The notes beneath the pieces were generated by a model, which saw only the letters and a program-made list of their open reading frames with translations, did no database searches and had not been told where the DNA came from. Shown one piece after another: positions 1-12,500 of a stretch of DNA of 64,000 bases. Where the stretch lies: assembly GCA_965153285.1 (NCBI GenBank), contig OZ229113.1, one strand, 5' to 3'. The translations under genes were made by a program, and so were the position numbers. Each line of letters begins with the position of its first letter. The first letter of the stretch is position 1. This DNA is from Podarcis tiliguerta. Taxonomy: Eukaryota.

Positions 1-1467
1 CTTAATTGAAGTTGTACTTGGATTAGCAGAATCTAGCACTATTAGCATCTGATCACATTTCTGAGGCTTTCCTTAAGATGCAATATGCTTTATTTCAGCC
101 TGATGGAGATAATAGGTTTTAAGCAATTATACCCAGGCTAATTCCTTTGATAAGCACTTTGCATTATCCATTAAAAGAAAAGTCAGTCGACAAGGGACGA
201 GCAATGCATGCTTATCTCAGATGGCTTCTCTTGTTCACCTTTCCCAAATACCATGGGATAGTAATTCTTTAGATCTTCTGGGACATAAAATCCTGCTTGA
301 AGACTGCAGCAAAACTGTATTGTATGCAAGTGACGTTTGGAGCATGGCATTTAACCACTTCTAGGCTGATTATAGCTTAGCCATAAAGATTCCCGTTTGG
401 GCCCTTCTAACGGAGCTTGTACTGCTTTTGCTGCACAGCACCTAGTAAGATGGCAGATTTCTGTGCTGGACAAGGCAATCTGAACGCCATTGCAAGGAAA
501 GAGTATGACCGTTTTTAAGGATAGACACTGTGCCACATGCTGTAATGGTCTCCCAAAAAGAAGGGATTAAAAATCTAAAGTGGGAGGAATCTGTGGGGTT
601 AGGGCAACGCATACTTCCTTAAAGTAGGTTTATGCAATTGTATTTCAAATAGCTAGTAGAATTTTGGCTCTCTGAAATTCTGTTCTGACTTCCAACCATT
701 CTACATGCTTTTGTCCGACTGCAAGCACAGTATATAGTAAAGGCTGTTATTGGATAGATTCTCTTCATAAATGGTACCGTAGGGATAACCCCACTATATT
801 CAGCAGTTTTATAACTCTAAATAGTAGTGTTCATAAGCTTTTTCTTCTTCTTTCATTTGTGGGGAAGGTTGGTGGGAAATAATTGCTGAGGTCAGTTCTT
901 AACAGGTTTAGAAACAGGATTGCAATGCCACAGAAGAGCTGATGAATTACATTTGAGTTTATCACATCGCTTTGCATGTGCTTTTGACACACCGGGGTCC
1001 ACTGTTTCCTCCATGTGCACATGTTAGCACTATGCATACAAGTGCACATCTAAATTGTGTGTTTTTGGATATTCGTGGCAGTGCAATTTTTGATCGCAAG
1101 TTACTGAAGAAGGAGCCACCTGCTCTGGTGTTATTAAGAAATGCGTTGTGACAGATAACAAAACAAGTAGTCTAAATAATCATCTAGGAATATGGTACCA
1201 TGCACAGAAGTACACAGAAAACTGTGCATTGTGACATATCAGAAGGACATGGAAAGCAAATCTCTGGGGAGTATCTAAATGAAGTGCTGGGAACGGTTAG
1301 TGGGGTGAAGTTGAAAATTACTGAGAAAAGTAATTTAAGACTGCTATCCTATACTTATGTGGGAGTAGGGTCAAACGAAACTTGCATCTGAATAAACATA
1401 TATAGGATCCTACTGAAGGCATTTTTCATTTGGCCCCAAAGAAGCCAGTTGTAGCCATAGTGCCTTT

Positions 1468-1675
1468 CATATAGAATCATAGAATCTCAGAGTTGGAAAG
1501 GATCCAGGGGTTATCTAGTCCAACCTTCAATGCAGGAATCTCAGCTAAAGCACCCACGGCAGATGGCCGTCCAACCTCTGTTTAAAAACCTCCAAGGAAG
1601 GAGAGTCTACCACCTCTCGTGGAAGTTTGTTCCACTGCCGAACAGCTCTTACTGTCAGAAAGTTTTTTCCGAATT
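1468..1675 (-). mobile_element. CR1 LINE 3' fragment
   Basis: Begins with atagaatcatagaat, the reverse complement of the CR1 (ATTCTATG)n tail, followed by CR1 3' sequence (atctagtccaacc...aaaaacctccaaggaaggagagtc...ttccactg...gtcagaaagtt). Confidence 0.85.
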
Positions 1676-2188
1676 TATTTTCACCATGATGGAAGAGCAT
1701 AAGACATTGGCTTTTATCATATTTGCAAATGACCTAAAGGATAGATAGCATGGCTAAAAAATTATGAGCACAAAAAAGCAATGTACTCTAGATAATTGGT
1801 ACAGAGGAGGCTATTACGAAAACATGCTATAACAAAATGAAATGGAGGGTTGTAATTTAAATACAAAATGCATTGTGTTCAGATTCTTGGTTAGTAGCCA
1901 TCGTTGCATCTTGGAAGCAGTGGGTGGCCAGGTGAGTGCATGCATTTTAAGGTGTATACAGATGTATATAACTTTAGCAGTGAGCCTGCTTTGGAACGAT
2001 ACTTGATGCATCTTGCTCATATATGCACCCTTCCCCCCAACCCCCACATTGCACACTGTTCTTGCTTTCAGCAGGAGCAGGATTTGCAAAGCACTGATTA
2101 GCCAACCCTTGGCATCAGTCATGGAGATGCCTCAAAGCAGTTTTTAATAAGAGTTGGGCTGAGTATTTGGCCTAGACTCTTTCAGAAA

Positions 2189-2212
2189 GTGTGTGTGTGT
2201 GTGTGTGTGTGT
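2189..2212. repeat. (GT)12 microsatellite
   Basis: Directly visible perfect dinucleotide run. Confidence 0.95.
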
Positions 2213-3789
2213 CTGAATGCCACTGCTGAATACTGGCATTATTGGGAGGTAGTTAGCCCGTGGGGGCAAGCATCATTTCCCCCCAACAGTGCCCCTTTGA
2301 TATAGCATTGTACCTAATCAGACATTCTTGAGGGTAGAATGCAGCTGTTGATTGCATTTCTGCCACTGCCTCTGCTTTTCATAAAAGGAGGGTGAACTTG
2401 AGGAGCTCTTGCATCACCTTGTATCATTATAGTCAACCTCGCTCCCCCCCCCCTACAGAATTTGCCTCCCATGTCACACAAGCGGCAGAAAACATCTCTC
2501 CCCTTTACAGGCCCTGGGTTTAAAAAAAGGTTAAAAGGGGGCTTAAAAAAAACCCCAAGCCCTGCTGAACGAACGCTTGAGCAGATGAACCTACGATGCA
2601 TTTGGGGGGAAACCACAAAAGTGGATAGTCCACTTGGCTCAGTGACGGGGGAGGTAGATAGGATAGGTAGAAGGCAGTATATGTGTGCTTTTGAGGGAAT
2701 ACAATTGAGGGGAACAGAGCTCACTCAGCAACAGAAAAATGAACACCCCATAACCTGTATGGAGATTTTTATGCAAACCTTAGAATGTGCTGCTGCTTTA
2801 AAATATCCAGAGTTGGGAAGGATAAAAATCACTAATGCAGGGGAAGGCAATATGTGTGGCCCTCAGGCTTATTAAGTGGGTCATGGCAGGGGGGAAATCA
2901 CTTCGTATTTTATTTTTCATGTTATAGTATAATATGCTTTTAAAACAAACTGGATGCTTATTTATAAAATTGTGTTTGTGCCAGTGTATGTACCACTATC
3001 ACTTTAATTGAACCCTTATTCTGAAGAAGTAGCTTTTATAATTAATGTGTGTGCTTTACGTATTGGGGCATTGGTATTCAGGTTCAACAAATTTTGCAAT
3101 AATGGTTCACATTTTGTTCCGGGGTGTTTTTTTTTTTTTTTTTAAGTGGGGGGCATAGGTGACAGGAGGGAAAAGGAAGCAGGGGCGGGGATGTTGTCTT
3201 TGACTTAGTCAGACTCTGCAACATAGTATATTGGCTGTGTAATATACCTGAAGTTGTTTTGTTAGTACTGTGGATAAATCTGAGTTAAATCAGACAGAAC
3301 CCTGAAGGTTTGAATCATTTATAGACAGCAGCTAATTCCTTTTCTTATGCCAGATTCAATTTTCTTAAAACCCTTCAGAAAATTCTTATAAGCAGTGTTC
3401 TTTTCCTCCTCTGTTCCTTTTGAAGGCAGAATAACCTTTTGCTTCCCCCTTCTCACCAAGTGCTTCAGGATTCAGTGCTTTAGTTGACATAGAAGAGAGC
3501 CTTACTGACCTTTGCAAGGATGGTAGGTTGAGCAGAACCTGCTAATCCTAGTATAAATATGCAGGCCTTGTTAGAAATAATTCCTTTGATGTCTCCATTT
3601 TGGAATGTTGCTGTTTTTGGGATGAGCAACTACAATGTGCAGCCCAAAGAAAAATGCAACTTCTTGTTTGTTAGAAATGTGAGCATCTTCTGTGAGAACC
3701 AACGAACACTATGTTTTTCTGTAATAACTTGATTGTTTTTTTAAAACTATTGTCAACCCCAGAATATTTGGATTGTGCCAGGTTATCTG

Positions 3790-3824
3790 GTGTGTGTGTG
3801 TGTGTGTGTGTATTTGTGTGTGTG
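3790..3824. repeat. Interrupted (GT)n microsatellite
   Basis: Directly visible, with one tatt interruption. Confidence 0.9.
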
Positions 3825-4730
3825 AATCTTTCTCCTTAGCCTCAACATTGAACATCTCTGCACTAAATGTTGATTTGGTGGAAGCTGTCGGCAAGCAGCT
3901 AGATTCTTTACTAGTGAGAACACACTTGACTGAACGGGTTTTATGAGGACAGTGTCAGTTAAAGGATGGCTGATAGGTAAAATCTGGACTTTCCTGTCAG
4001 CTTCCCTATAGTTGTTTTAATGCTATAGTTTAATGCTATAGTTGTCTGAGATGCTTGTGTGGCTCAAATTGGAGACTAAAATTATTGATGTGTGGTACTC
4101 AGCAAATCCTCCAAAACCCTGTATCTCCCCTGCCTTATTTGTACCCCTTCTACTTTTTTCAAAATTAAAATGTTCCCCTTTTAGCAGTTTGTATCATTAG
4201 ATTTCTATTTAAGCACATGCAAAGTACTTGGGATTATTACATCACCAAGGTTAAAAATGTTATGGCATATGAACTGTGAAGTTATCTCTGGTTCCCACAG
4301 CATTAACCCTGCTGCATTATGCAGATGTACAGTAGAAATAAATGTCCTTGCAAAATGTATTTCTGTGTCTGGCTAGATATGCCCTGAGGAAAGTGCATTA
4401 CAAGAAATGCTGTGGTGAAGATGATGTAATAATCTGTTTTATTGGTTGGCTGGGCTGTTACAGAAAACTCTCATGGGTTGCGTGCCTGCTTTTAATATTG
4501 GCTAATGTTCCTGATGGCCTGCAGAATGGGATCCTGATCATATGTGACTTGAATCGTACTTGTCAGAGGTAACACTGGAATAATCAGTTCAGTGAAACAG
4601 AGGCCATTATCGACAGGAATGGATTGTGCAGCATATGCTTCATAGAATGGAGAGAAATAATTATTGTCACTGTCAAATAATTATTGGCAGCAAGGGGCCA
4701 TAGTTCACTGGTAAAAACATATGCTTTAAT

Positions 4731-5116
4731 AATAACACGAGATGAACTCTGCTGGACCAGACAAAAGTCCTGTCTAGTTCAGCAGTATGTTCCCACATTG
4801 GCCAACCAGATGCTTAAGGGAAACCCACAAGCAGCACATGAATACAATAGACCCCTACCACTCATTTCTCATAGTAACTGGCTTTCAGGAGCATGCTGCC
4901 TCTGATACTGGAGATGATATACAGCCATCATAACTACAGCCCATTGATAGTCTTGTTGCCCATGAATCTGTCTCCTCCCCTTTTAAAGCCATACATGTTG
5001 ATCACCATTCCTACATCTTGTAGAAGCAAATCCCATAATTCTAACTGTGTACTTTGTGAAGTATTTGTTTGGTCTGTCCTGAATCTCCCACCATTCAGTT
5101 TCACTGGATGGCACCA
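4731..5116 (-). mobile_element. Old CR1-type LINE 3' fragment
   Basis: ctgctggaccagacaaaagtcctgtctagttcagc...gccattgatag...cccttttaaagcca...gtcctgaatctc. It is the reverse complement of the same family seen on the + strand at 44150-44593. Confidence 0.7.
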
Positions 5117-5512
5117 CACCATTCGTAATTTTATATAGAGACCCTTTCTATGTAGAAGCTCCCAAGTTCAGTCTCTTGCATTTCAGACTATAAGGATACC
5201 GGGTAAAAGAAAGAACCTTGGTTCAGGGCCAGGGTTCAGCAGTCTGATGTGAGCTGGGCACTGGGAACCAGCAGTCATGGGAAGGAAACAGGAGTCTGGG
5301 TTGAAGAGCAAATCAGGGACGAAGGGAACAATGAAAATATATAGAAACATGCCAGAGCTTAGGAAGACCTTGGTGACTGAGCAGGACTTAACTCATGGGT
5401 AGGGAACCTGCTGTTCTCAGCTGTTCTTAGACTCCATGACCAATGGCCAGGGATGTGGTCCATAGAAATCTGGAGGGCCATCCCATCTCTGGACCAGGAA
5501 GTTCTCTTAGAG

Positions 5513-5648
5513 CAGGCATCCCCAACCTTCGGCCCTCCAGATGCTTTGGACTACAGTTCCCATCATCCCTGACCACTTGTCTTGTTAGCTAGGGATCATG
5601 GGAGTTGTAGGCCAAAACATCTGGAGGGCCGCAGGTTGGGGATGCCTG
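5513..5648. mobile_element. hAT-type MITE (136 bp, near-palindromic)
   Basis: TIRs caggcatccccaacct/aggttggggatgcctg with a perfect 8-bp TSD TCTTAGAG at 5505-5512 and 5649-5656. Confidence 0.9.
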
Positions 5649-7593
5649 TCTTAGAGTCAGGGGCAGCCAAATACATTTTCCCACCTGAGGCAAATAAGGA
5701 AATGGCATCCCCCCCCCCCGACTCCTGGGAATTGTAGGTTGTTTTTTTTAAGAGTACAGGAAGTGGGACTGAACAGGGTGGGGGTGACCTCCCGTGGGGA
5801 CCTCTTTCTCTCCCCCATTCTTTCATCTCTCCTTGCCCAACCTGGCCCATCTTGGTGATAATGGGAAAGGAGTGAGGGGGAGGGAAGTGGGGCAGTAGCA
5901 GTAGTGGCAGCTCCTAAGGTCTGGCCCAAAATGGCCTGCTGCAGTTGTCTGAGAGGGAGGGGTGGGTAGGACAAGGCGAGAGAATGAAAGGGTGCTGGAA
6001 AGGCCTGCTGGTTGGTGACAAGGCTACAAGATGGCTAGAGTTGTTGACAGCTGCCGCTTGGCATGGCAGCATGTTGGGGGCAAGCGAAAGACCTCTGTCC
6101 ACTGCTGAGCTTGCTGTGAGACTGAGCTGGCAGGGATAGGTAGCTGCACGGTCAGATCTACTATTGGAAGTACCAGGGAGTGGGCCAGAACCACGGCTGC
6201 TCAGTGGAAGTGCTGAGGAGTCAGGAGGTGGTTTAGGCTGCTGCCTCTCAGCTAACTGCCACCAACAAAACAGCCAAAGGAGCCACACACTCAAAGAAAG
6301 CACAGACATGGAAACCACACACTCAAGGAGAAGGGTGGGGGGGATGGCAAACGGGAAAGAAAAGGAAACAGGAGACAGTGAATAAAGGACTTGTGTGCTA
6401 ACCACAGTATTGTGAAGTAATCAGGGAGAGTAAAGTTAATTTGGTCCACTCCAGGTGGTGACAGTAGTTGCTATCTTGTCCATTCATGTGCTGCCATGGG
6501 CCTTCCCAGACCCACCCTGCCTTCCTTGAAGGCTGCTGAAACGCTTCCTCCTCAGCTGCCAGCTTGCTTTCCTGGGTGAAGAAAGCTGATGTAATACTGG
6601 CTTCCACACCTTTATCCTACGGCTTTCCCCAGCCCTAATTGTCTAGAGAAACTCTGTCTATGTTTAAGGCTGTTGTGGTATTGAGAATTGCTGTTGAGCT
6701 GTTGCAGCATTTTGGGGTGCTACTGTGACAGTCCTGCAAGAAACCAAGCACGCACATGACAGTGTGGGATTAGACATCCTTAAAGTGATTTTGTTTGGCG
6801 GCTGAAATTGAAGCATCTCTGCAGCTGAAATGGTTATTCCTTTTATGGAAAGTCTTGAGCTGCAAATAAAAGCAGTGCTTGCTTAGCATTCTTAGGAAAT
6901 GAGAGATCCTACCAAAGCCCATTTGTAGCTCTTGGAGATTTTTGGGCTTCAAAAGAAGCCCACTGCAAGGCAGAAGAGGTTTTGGCTTTCCACATGGCTG
7001 ACTGAAACACTTAGGAATTGTGAGGAGCAGCTAACATATTTAATGAGGCTCAGTGTTCTTCTATGCAGGGTGAATTGATTCAGACCAAAGTGATTTAAAT
7101 CAGCAAGATATAAGGCTAATTATCATTGATTTTAAATTGAGTTTCCTGTTGATGCTACTTCATATACTTCCTAAACTGGGCCTCAGAACTGGCCACTATA
7201 CAGCGTTAATTTACAACTAGAGAATTATTTACACTGTTTCATTCTTAGAACAGCAGCTTAGCTTTTTTACACTCTACACATCTTGTATGTGAAAGATCAT
7301 GACATGGCTGACATTATTAGGTCCAGTAATAGTGTTGCCTGAGTAGATAGGTGGACATATCTGTGCTTGCTCCAGGGTCTGATCCCTGTATTTGTGTCTA
7401 TTGTAGCTGGTAAGCAGCTGTGTTTTAGGGTGGGGTGGGGGCTGTCTCTAAGAAAATGCTTCCCTACCACCAAAGGCCTGGGTGAAGAAGATATAATTAC
7501 CCAGGATAAGCTGTTGATCATTGATACATTGGGGTGATTTAGATGGACAACAAATGGCTCTGTCACTTTCTCTTCCAGGGCTGTCCTGTAATA

Positions 7594-7830
7594 CAGTGGT
7601 ACCTCTAGTTAGGAACTTAATTTGTTCTGGAGGTCTGTTCTTAACCTGAAACTGTTCTTAACTAGAGGCGTGCTTTCGCTAATGGGGCCTCTTGCTACTG
7701 CTGCGCCGCTGGCACACGATTTCCATTCTCATCCTGGGGCAAAGTTCTCAACTCGAGGTAACTCTTCCAGGTTAGTGGAGTTACCTGAAGCGTTTGTAAC
7801 CTGAGGTGTTTGTAACTCAAGGTACCACTG
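7594..7830 (+). mobile_element. Tc1/mariner (Tigger-like) non-autonomous MITE, copy 1
   Basis: TA|CAGTGGTACC...GGTACCACTG|TA, i.e. TIRs plus TA TSD. Homologous to the copies at 23056, 31191 and 60703. Confidence 0.88.
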
Positions 7831-9077
7831 TAGGTTGTTCCTGAGTTATCAGTCAGTTCTTCTTGTCCTGATGTAAATCCCTAACTTGTGAGTCTTTGTC
7901 AGTCAGAAACAGATGCAGTTCTGCCATGGCTGCAGACAATGGATTATGTAGGGTATGCTTAGTGCCGTGTATGTCGTCTTGCTCCCTGTCTCTCCAGCAG
8001 CAGCTCTAGATGCTTGACACCAGTGAACACTGAGATGGGAAATAAGGGTTGCATTTCTTTTGTGTCTTCCATTTGGAATACTTGAAACCTCAAAATGTGG
8101 GTGTCATTCTTACGATGAAAGCTCAAGGGCTGTAGGGGGCAGAGATCTCTCCCACTCCATGCTATTGTCTTTTATATATATTTACATGATCATGCATCAA
8201 AAACACAAGCATTGTGAAATGATTCAAATTGCAACACTGCTGAAATTCGATAGATGATACTTTTGTGTCTATAGGATTCCAGGATGTTTTGTTTACTATG
8301 AATAAAAGAGAAGCAGGAGAAATTCTTTGATTGCTATTTATAGAAGAAAAGCACAAGGCATACTTTGTAATTTGATTCAAAGTTGCAGTTTTGAACTTCC
8401 TCTTCTGTTAACATTAAATAATCACTTAAGTCCACAACTTATCACAGCAATGAAAATGTTAATAGCATTAGCTGATGAGAGATGTCTAAAACATTAGAAC
8501 GCTGCAAAGGAAACAAACCCTTGGTGACATGCCTCTTTAACCAAAATGGTTAAAACCTTCAGAATATCCAGACACCAGACTATCACCAGAATTGGTGTCT
8601 CTCTTTTCAGTCATGGACAGGCAGCTCATTTCAAATTACTTCTGTTTCTGAAACAAGACACACCATTTCATCTGCAAACTAGATGAGGTGGTAATTGGAC
8701 TCTTTTAAATTCTTGACTCAGTTTTGTTAACTCTTCTAAAGTGGAGCTGTACATAGTGCAGATGAAAGGGAGGATCAAGGAAATCATGTTTGTGGAAAGA
8801 ACAAGAATTCTTAAATTGTGGCTGACAGTATTCACAATCCCAGATGGCATCCAATGACAAGTCGAATATGGATGTAGTGAAGAGGAGCAATGTCCCAAAG
8901 GCCACCCATTGCATTTCACAACTAAACAAGGATTTGATCTTGCCTTCCGCCATTTCAACCCACTGCGCACTCTCCTAATTCACTGACAAACATTTTCACC
9001 TTAAACATTCCAATATACCATCAATTAAACGGCAAACAATAGTGTCCTTTTTACTTTCCTGCCTCCCCACAGCTCCC

Positions 9078-9079
<2 letters not shown>

Positions 9080-9116
<37 letters not shown>

Positions 9117-9128
9117 CTCTCTCTCTCT
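9080..9128. repeat. (TG)16 plus (CT)n compound microsatellite upstream of the exon 2 acceptor
   Basis: Directly visible. Confidence 0.95.
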
Positions 9129-9166
9129 TGCAATTTTAACTTACAATCCTTTGTTTTTCCCCCTAG

Positions 9167-9544
9167 TTTCCTGCCACGGGCGTATTGTGAAGGTGCCTGC
9201 AGGTCCTCTAGTGCGAGTTGAGAGCACAGAGGTGGTGATTCCATGCAACGTTAGTCAATATGAAGGACCCAGCGAGCAGAACTTTGACTGGGAGTTCTCT
9301 AGAATCTCTGCTCCGGACTCTAGATTTGTACAAGTAGTGAGTACTTGGGACCCTTGGTTCACGTCTCAGGAGTATAAAGATCGGGTTGACGGTAAAGAGA
9401 TCACGTTGAGGCGAAACAGCAACAACTCTGTGGAACTCGTGATTGGAAACATCCGCCCCGCTGACCAAGGGATGTACCGATGCACAACGCCCAGCACAGA
9501 TTCTGTCGTTCAGGGAAATTACAATGCTGTAGTCGAAGTCAAAG
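9167..9544 (+). CDS. PTGFRN: PTGFRN coding exon 2 (end of signal peptide and Ig domain 1)
   Basis: Acceptor ttttcccctag|TT at 9166/9167 and donor AAAG|gtactt at 9544/9545. 378 nt encoding IPCNVSQ...FDWEF...DQGMYRC. Confidence 0.95.
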
Positions 9545-12500
9545 GTACTTCTAAAGGGTGAGGGGTATTTACAATTGGTATTGGGTCTTAGTGTAATTTT
9601 GCAAGCGATATGTGAAATGGCTGGAGTAGATGCAATCTAGCCAAATACACTTTTGTATAACCTGAAGGTAGACAGTGCCCCATGTCCCATTGGTGCCATA
9701 GCACTGTCCTGTGTTTGCTTAATTGAAGCACTGGGTTGGTGACTATCTCAACAGGATCACTTGAATTTATAAAACAAAGCAAAATGCTCAGAATAGCTCC
9801 TGTTATATTCCAGTCTCCCCCACCCTTCTTCGCTGACATTTGTTTCTAAACAAAGCATACTGGAAGGGGAAGTTTCTCTGCTAATAGATTTACTTGAAGA
9901 GGTAATTGTGGGTGGAGGTCTTTCTGAAGCTGAATAATTGATTGAGTTAAGGGAGAAAGTGTGGTGTGTGAAAACACTTTTTTGCTCATGTTTTCCAATG
10001 TGAGTGATTTGTTTTGGCTCAGCGTACTCATTATGCTGCATAATTAGTCATCTCTTTCATGACAATCTACCACAGCTTGACTCTGTTTCATCGCTGCTTT
10101 ATGTAAAGCCATTTATTATAACCCACACGCTTGATAACTTTCTTTTCTTCGAATAGTGATTGCGGATGGCTTAACCGTTGGTAGGTCAACAGCCCGCTCC
10201 ACATCTACTTGGAACTTATCGGAAGGAGATGCGTTTCAGTTGCGCTGCTCAGCGTCCACCAATTCTTCAGAACACACACATCTGCACGTGTCTTGGGAAT
10301 TCAGAAACGGGTTTGCCTGGCAAGAAATTCTCTCCTTGACGCATGAGGGCAAGTTCCAGCCTGGTTCAGAGTATAACGAGCGCTATATCAGTGGAGATGT
10401 GCGTTTAGATGCCATGGCCAATGACATTTACCGCTTGTCTGTGTCCCAAGCTCTTCCAACAGATGAAGGTGCCTATAGGTGTCGAGTGAGTGAATGGGTT
10501 AAAGGTGCAGATGCTTCATGGCAGAAGATCCAAGAGAAGGCTGTGGATATAGCAAATGTTGTGGTGCAGCCAACAGGTGAGCATGCACTATTCATGAAAT
10601 GATGTTGCCTGTATCAGCATCTGTTGCCTGTATCAGCATCTATGCTGTAACATCATTGTTGCTGTGGAACAGAATGTGCAGGCCACCAACATTTGGTGTA
10701 AAGCCATAGTGGCTGCTCCCTTAAGTATCTCAGCACAGTATATAACATAGTAACAGTGTATACTTTCCTCAGTACATGTGTTAGATATGTTGTGAAGGCA
10801 CTGCAAATAAGAACTTAGATAGTTGTATTTTCTTTGAATACCTACTGCATAGGTGTGTTTGAAATCTATTTAAAACCTAGGCTTCGTAACAGAGGACTCT
10901 TTTCTTTTTCAGTAGTTTGTATAGGATATTTGTGTAAAAGGTCTTGTTACCTGGCTTTAGGGATTGCCTAGGGCTAAAGGAGAATTTAAATCTACAGTTG
11001 TTTTAAGTTCGCAACTATCCCCCCAATAGCTTAGCTACTAGACAGTAGTCTTTAAATGACTATTCCCCTTCCTTTGTTTAAATATACCTGTGTGCAATGC
11101 ATGTGCTTTCAAAGATCATTCCAGGCTGCAAAATGTGTACGATGGTAATTTTGGAGAAGGAAGAATAAGCAAGTTGGCCTCATGGCAGCAAAATGAAATT
11201 ATATGTTTTTCAAGTATGCTCATACTGGACTTGCAGTCCTTTAATCACCACACAGAGAATTTGAAAATGCCACAACAATCATTCAGATGTGGTTCAGTTC
11301 TTCATAGTTGTTAGCTTGTAAAATCTGATTTGTATTCCTTTGGGAGTGTGTCTTGGCTTTAGGTGTATTCATTATGAGAAACAACATCTCTGTGATGGTG
11401 AGAGACCCCCTTGATCTTCCCTGTGCTTGAAGTTATAATGCTTGTTATGTTGGAGTAGGTAGGCATGTGAGGTGTTTTCCCCCCCCTGGGAGGATTAATT
11501 GTACGTAGCAATATGTAGAGCCACTTGGAACACCTTCTGTTGGAACGATGTCATAGCTAGACGTAAATTGTGTGAAGCTGGATTGACAGTGAATTTGATT
11601 AGAAAAAATTGTTGTGTCCTTGCATATCCATGCACAAGGCAAAGCTAGCCGGTTTTTTATTCTAAGAAAACTGAAATTGCACAATGATTTGTTTCAGAAC
11701 ATAGAATTAGATAAGTAGTGAAACTTGGAAAAAAAGGTTCACTGCCTGTTTTTCTATAGTTCAGCAATAATATATGTGAGCTTTGCCTGTAAATATGTAG
11801 GCCACTAATTAAAAAAGCAGGCAGTAGAAGCCAACAGTTAGGCTACCTGCTGTATTAGAGAGTTGAAAATAACACTTTTTTGTCTTGCTTCCCTCCTGCC
11901 AAAAGCTTTAGGTGTGTTCATCACCAGAAGCAATGTATCTGTGACAGAGGGGGACTCCCTTGACCTTACCTGCAACTTCACAACAGACAGAAGTGGTATT
12001 TTCCAAGCAGAGGTCAGGTGGTACTTCAGTGAATCACCTGATAGCACCATGGCAGAAGCTCAGGTTTTGCTAAGTGCAGACCGTGATTCTGTTGTTAGTG
12101 ATTCTACCCTCATCAGCCTCAGCCATGTGGATCGGAGTTCTTACCACCTATTGGTACGTGATGTGAGCACTGAAGATTCTGGTTACTACTACTGCCAAGC
12201 AACTCTCTGGGTGCCACAGCACAATGGTAGCTGGCACAAGGTAGCAGAGAGGACATCTGTGCCTGTCACTGTGCAGGTGTTGGCATTAGGTGAGTAGCTG
12301 GGTGGTGATGCTATAAAGTTGATGAATAATTTTTCTTGTGTAATGATAGGGAACCTGTGGCCCTCCAGAGGCGGTGTGCTTTGAACTTGCATCAGTCCCT
12401 GCTAGTATGACCCAGTGGCAAAGTGATAATGGCAGCTGTAGTCTCAACAACCTTTGGAGGTCCACAAGTTTTCTATCCTGGATTTATACCACAATATGGA

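Noticed and set aside
1-9166. PTGFRN exon 1 and promoter
   Set aside because: No CpG island and no ATG plus signal peptide plus phase-1 donor found. The region looks like intron 1 with repeats.
9079-9166. Apparent signal peptide MCVCVCVCVCVLLSLSLAIL at the start of ORF 9079..9561
   Set aside because: Translation of the (TG)n/(CT)n microsatellite and pyrimidine tract from a non-ATG start. The real exon begins at 9167.
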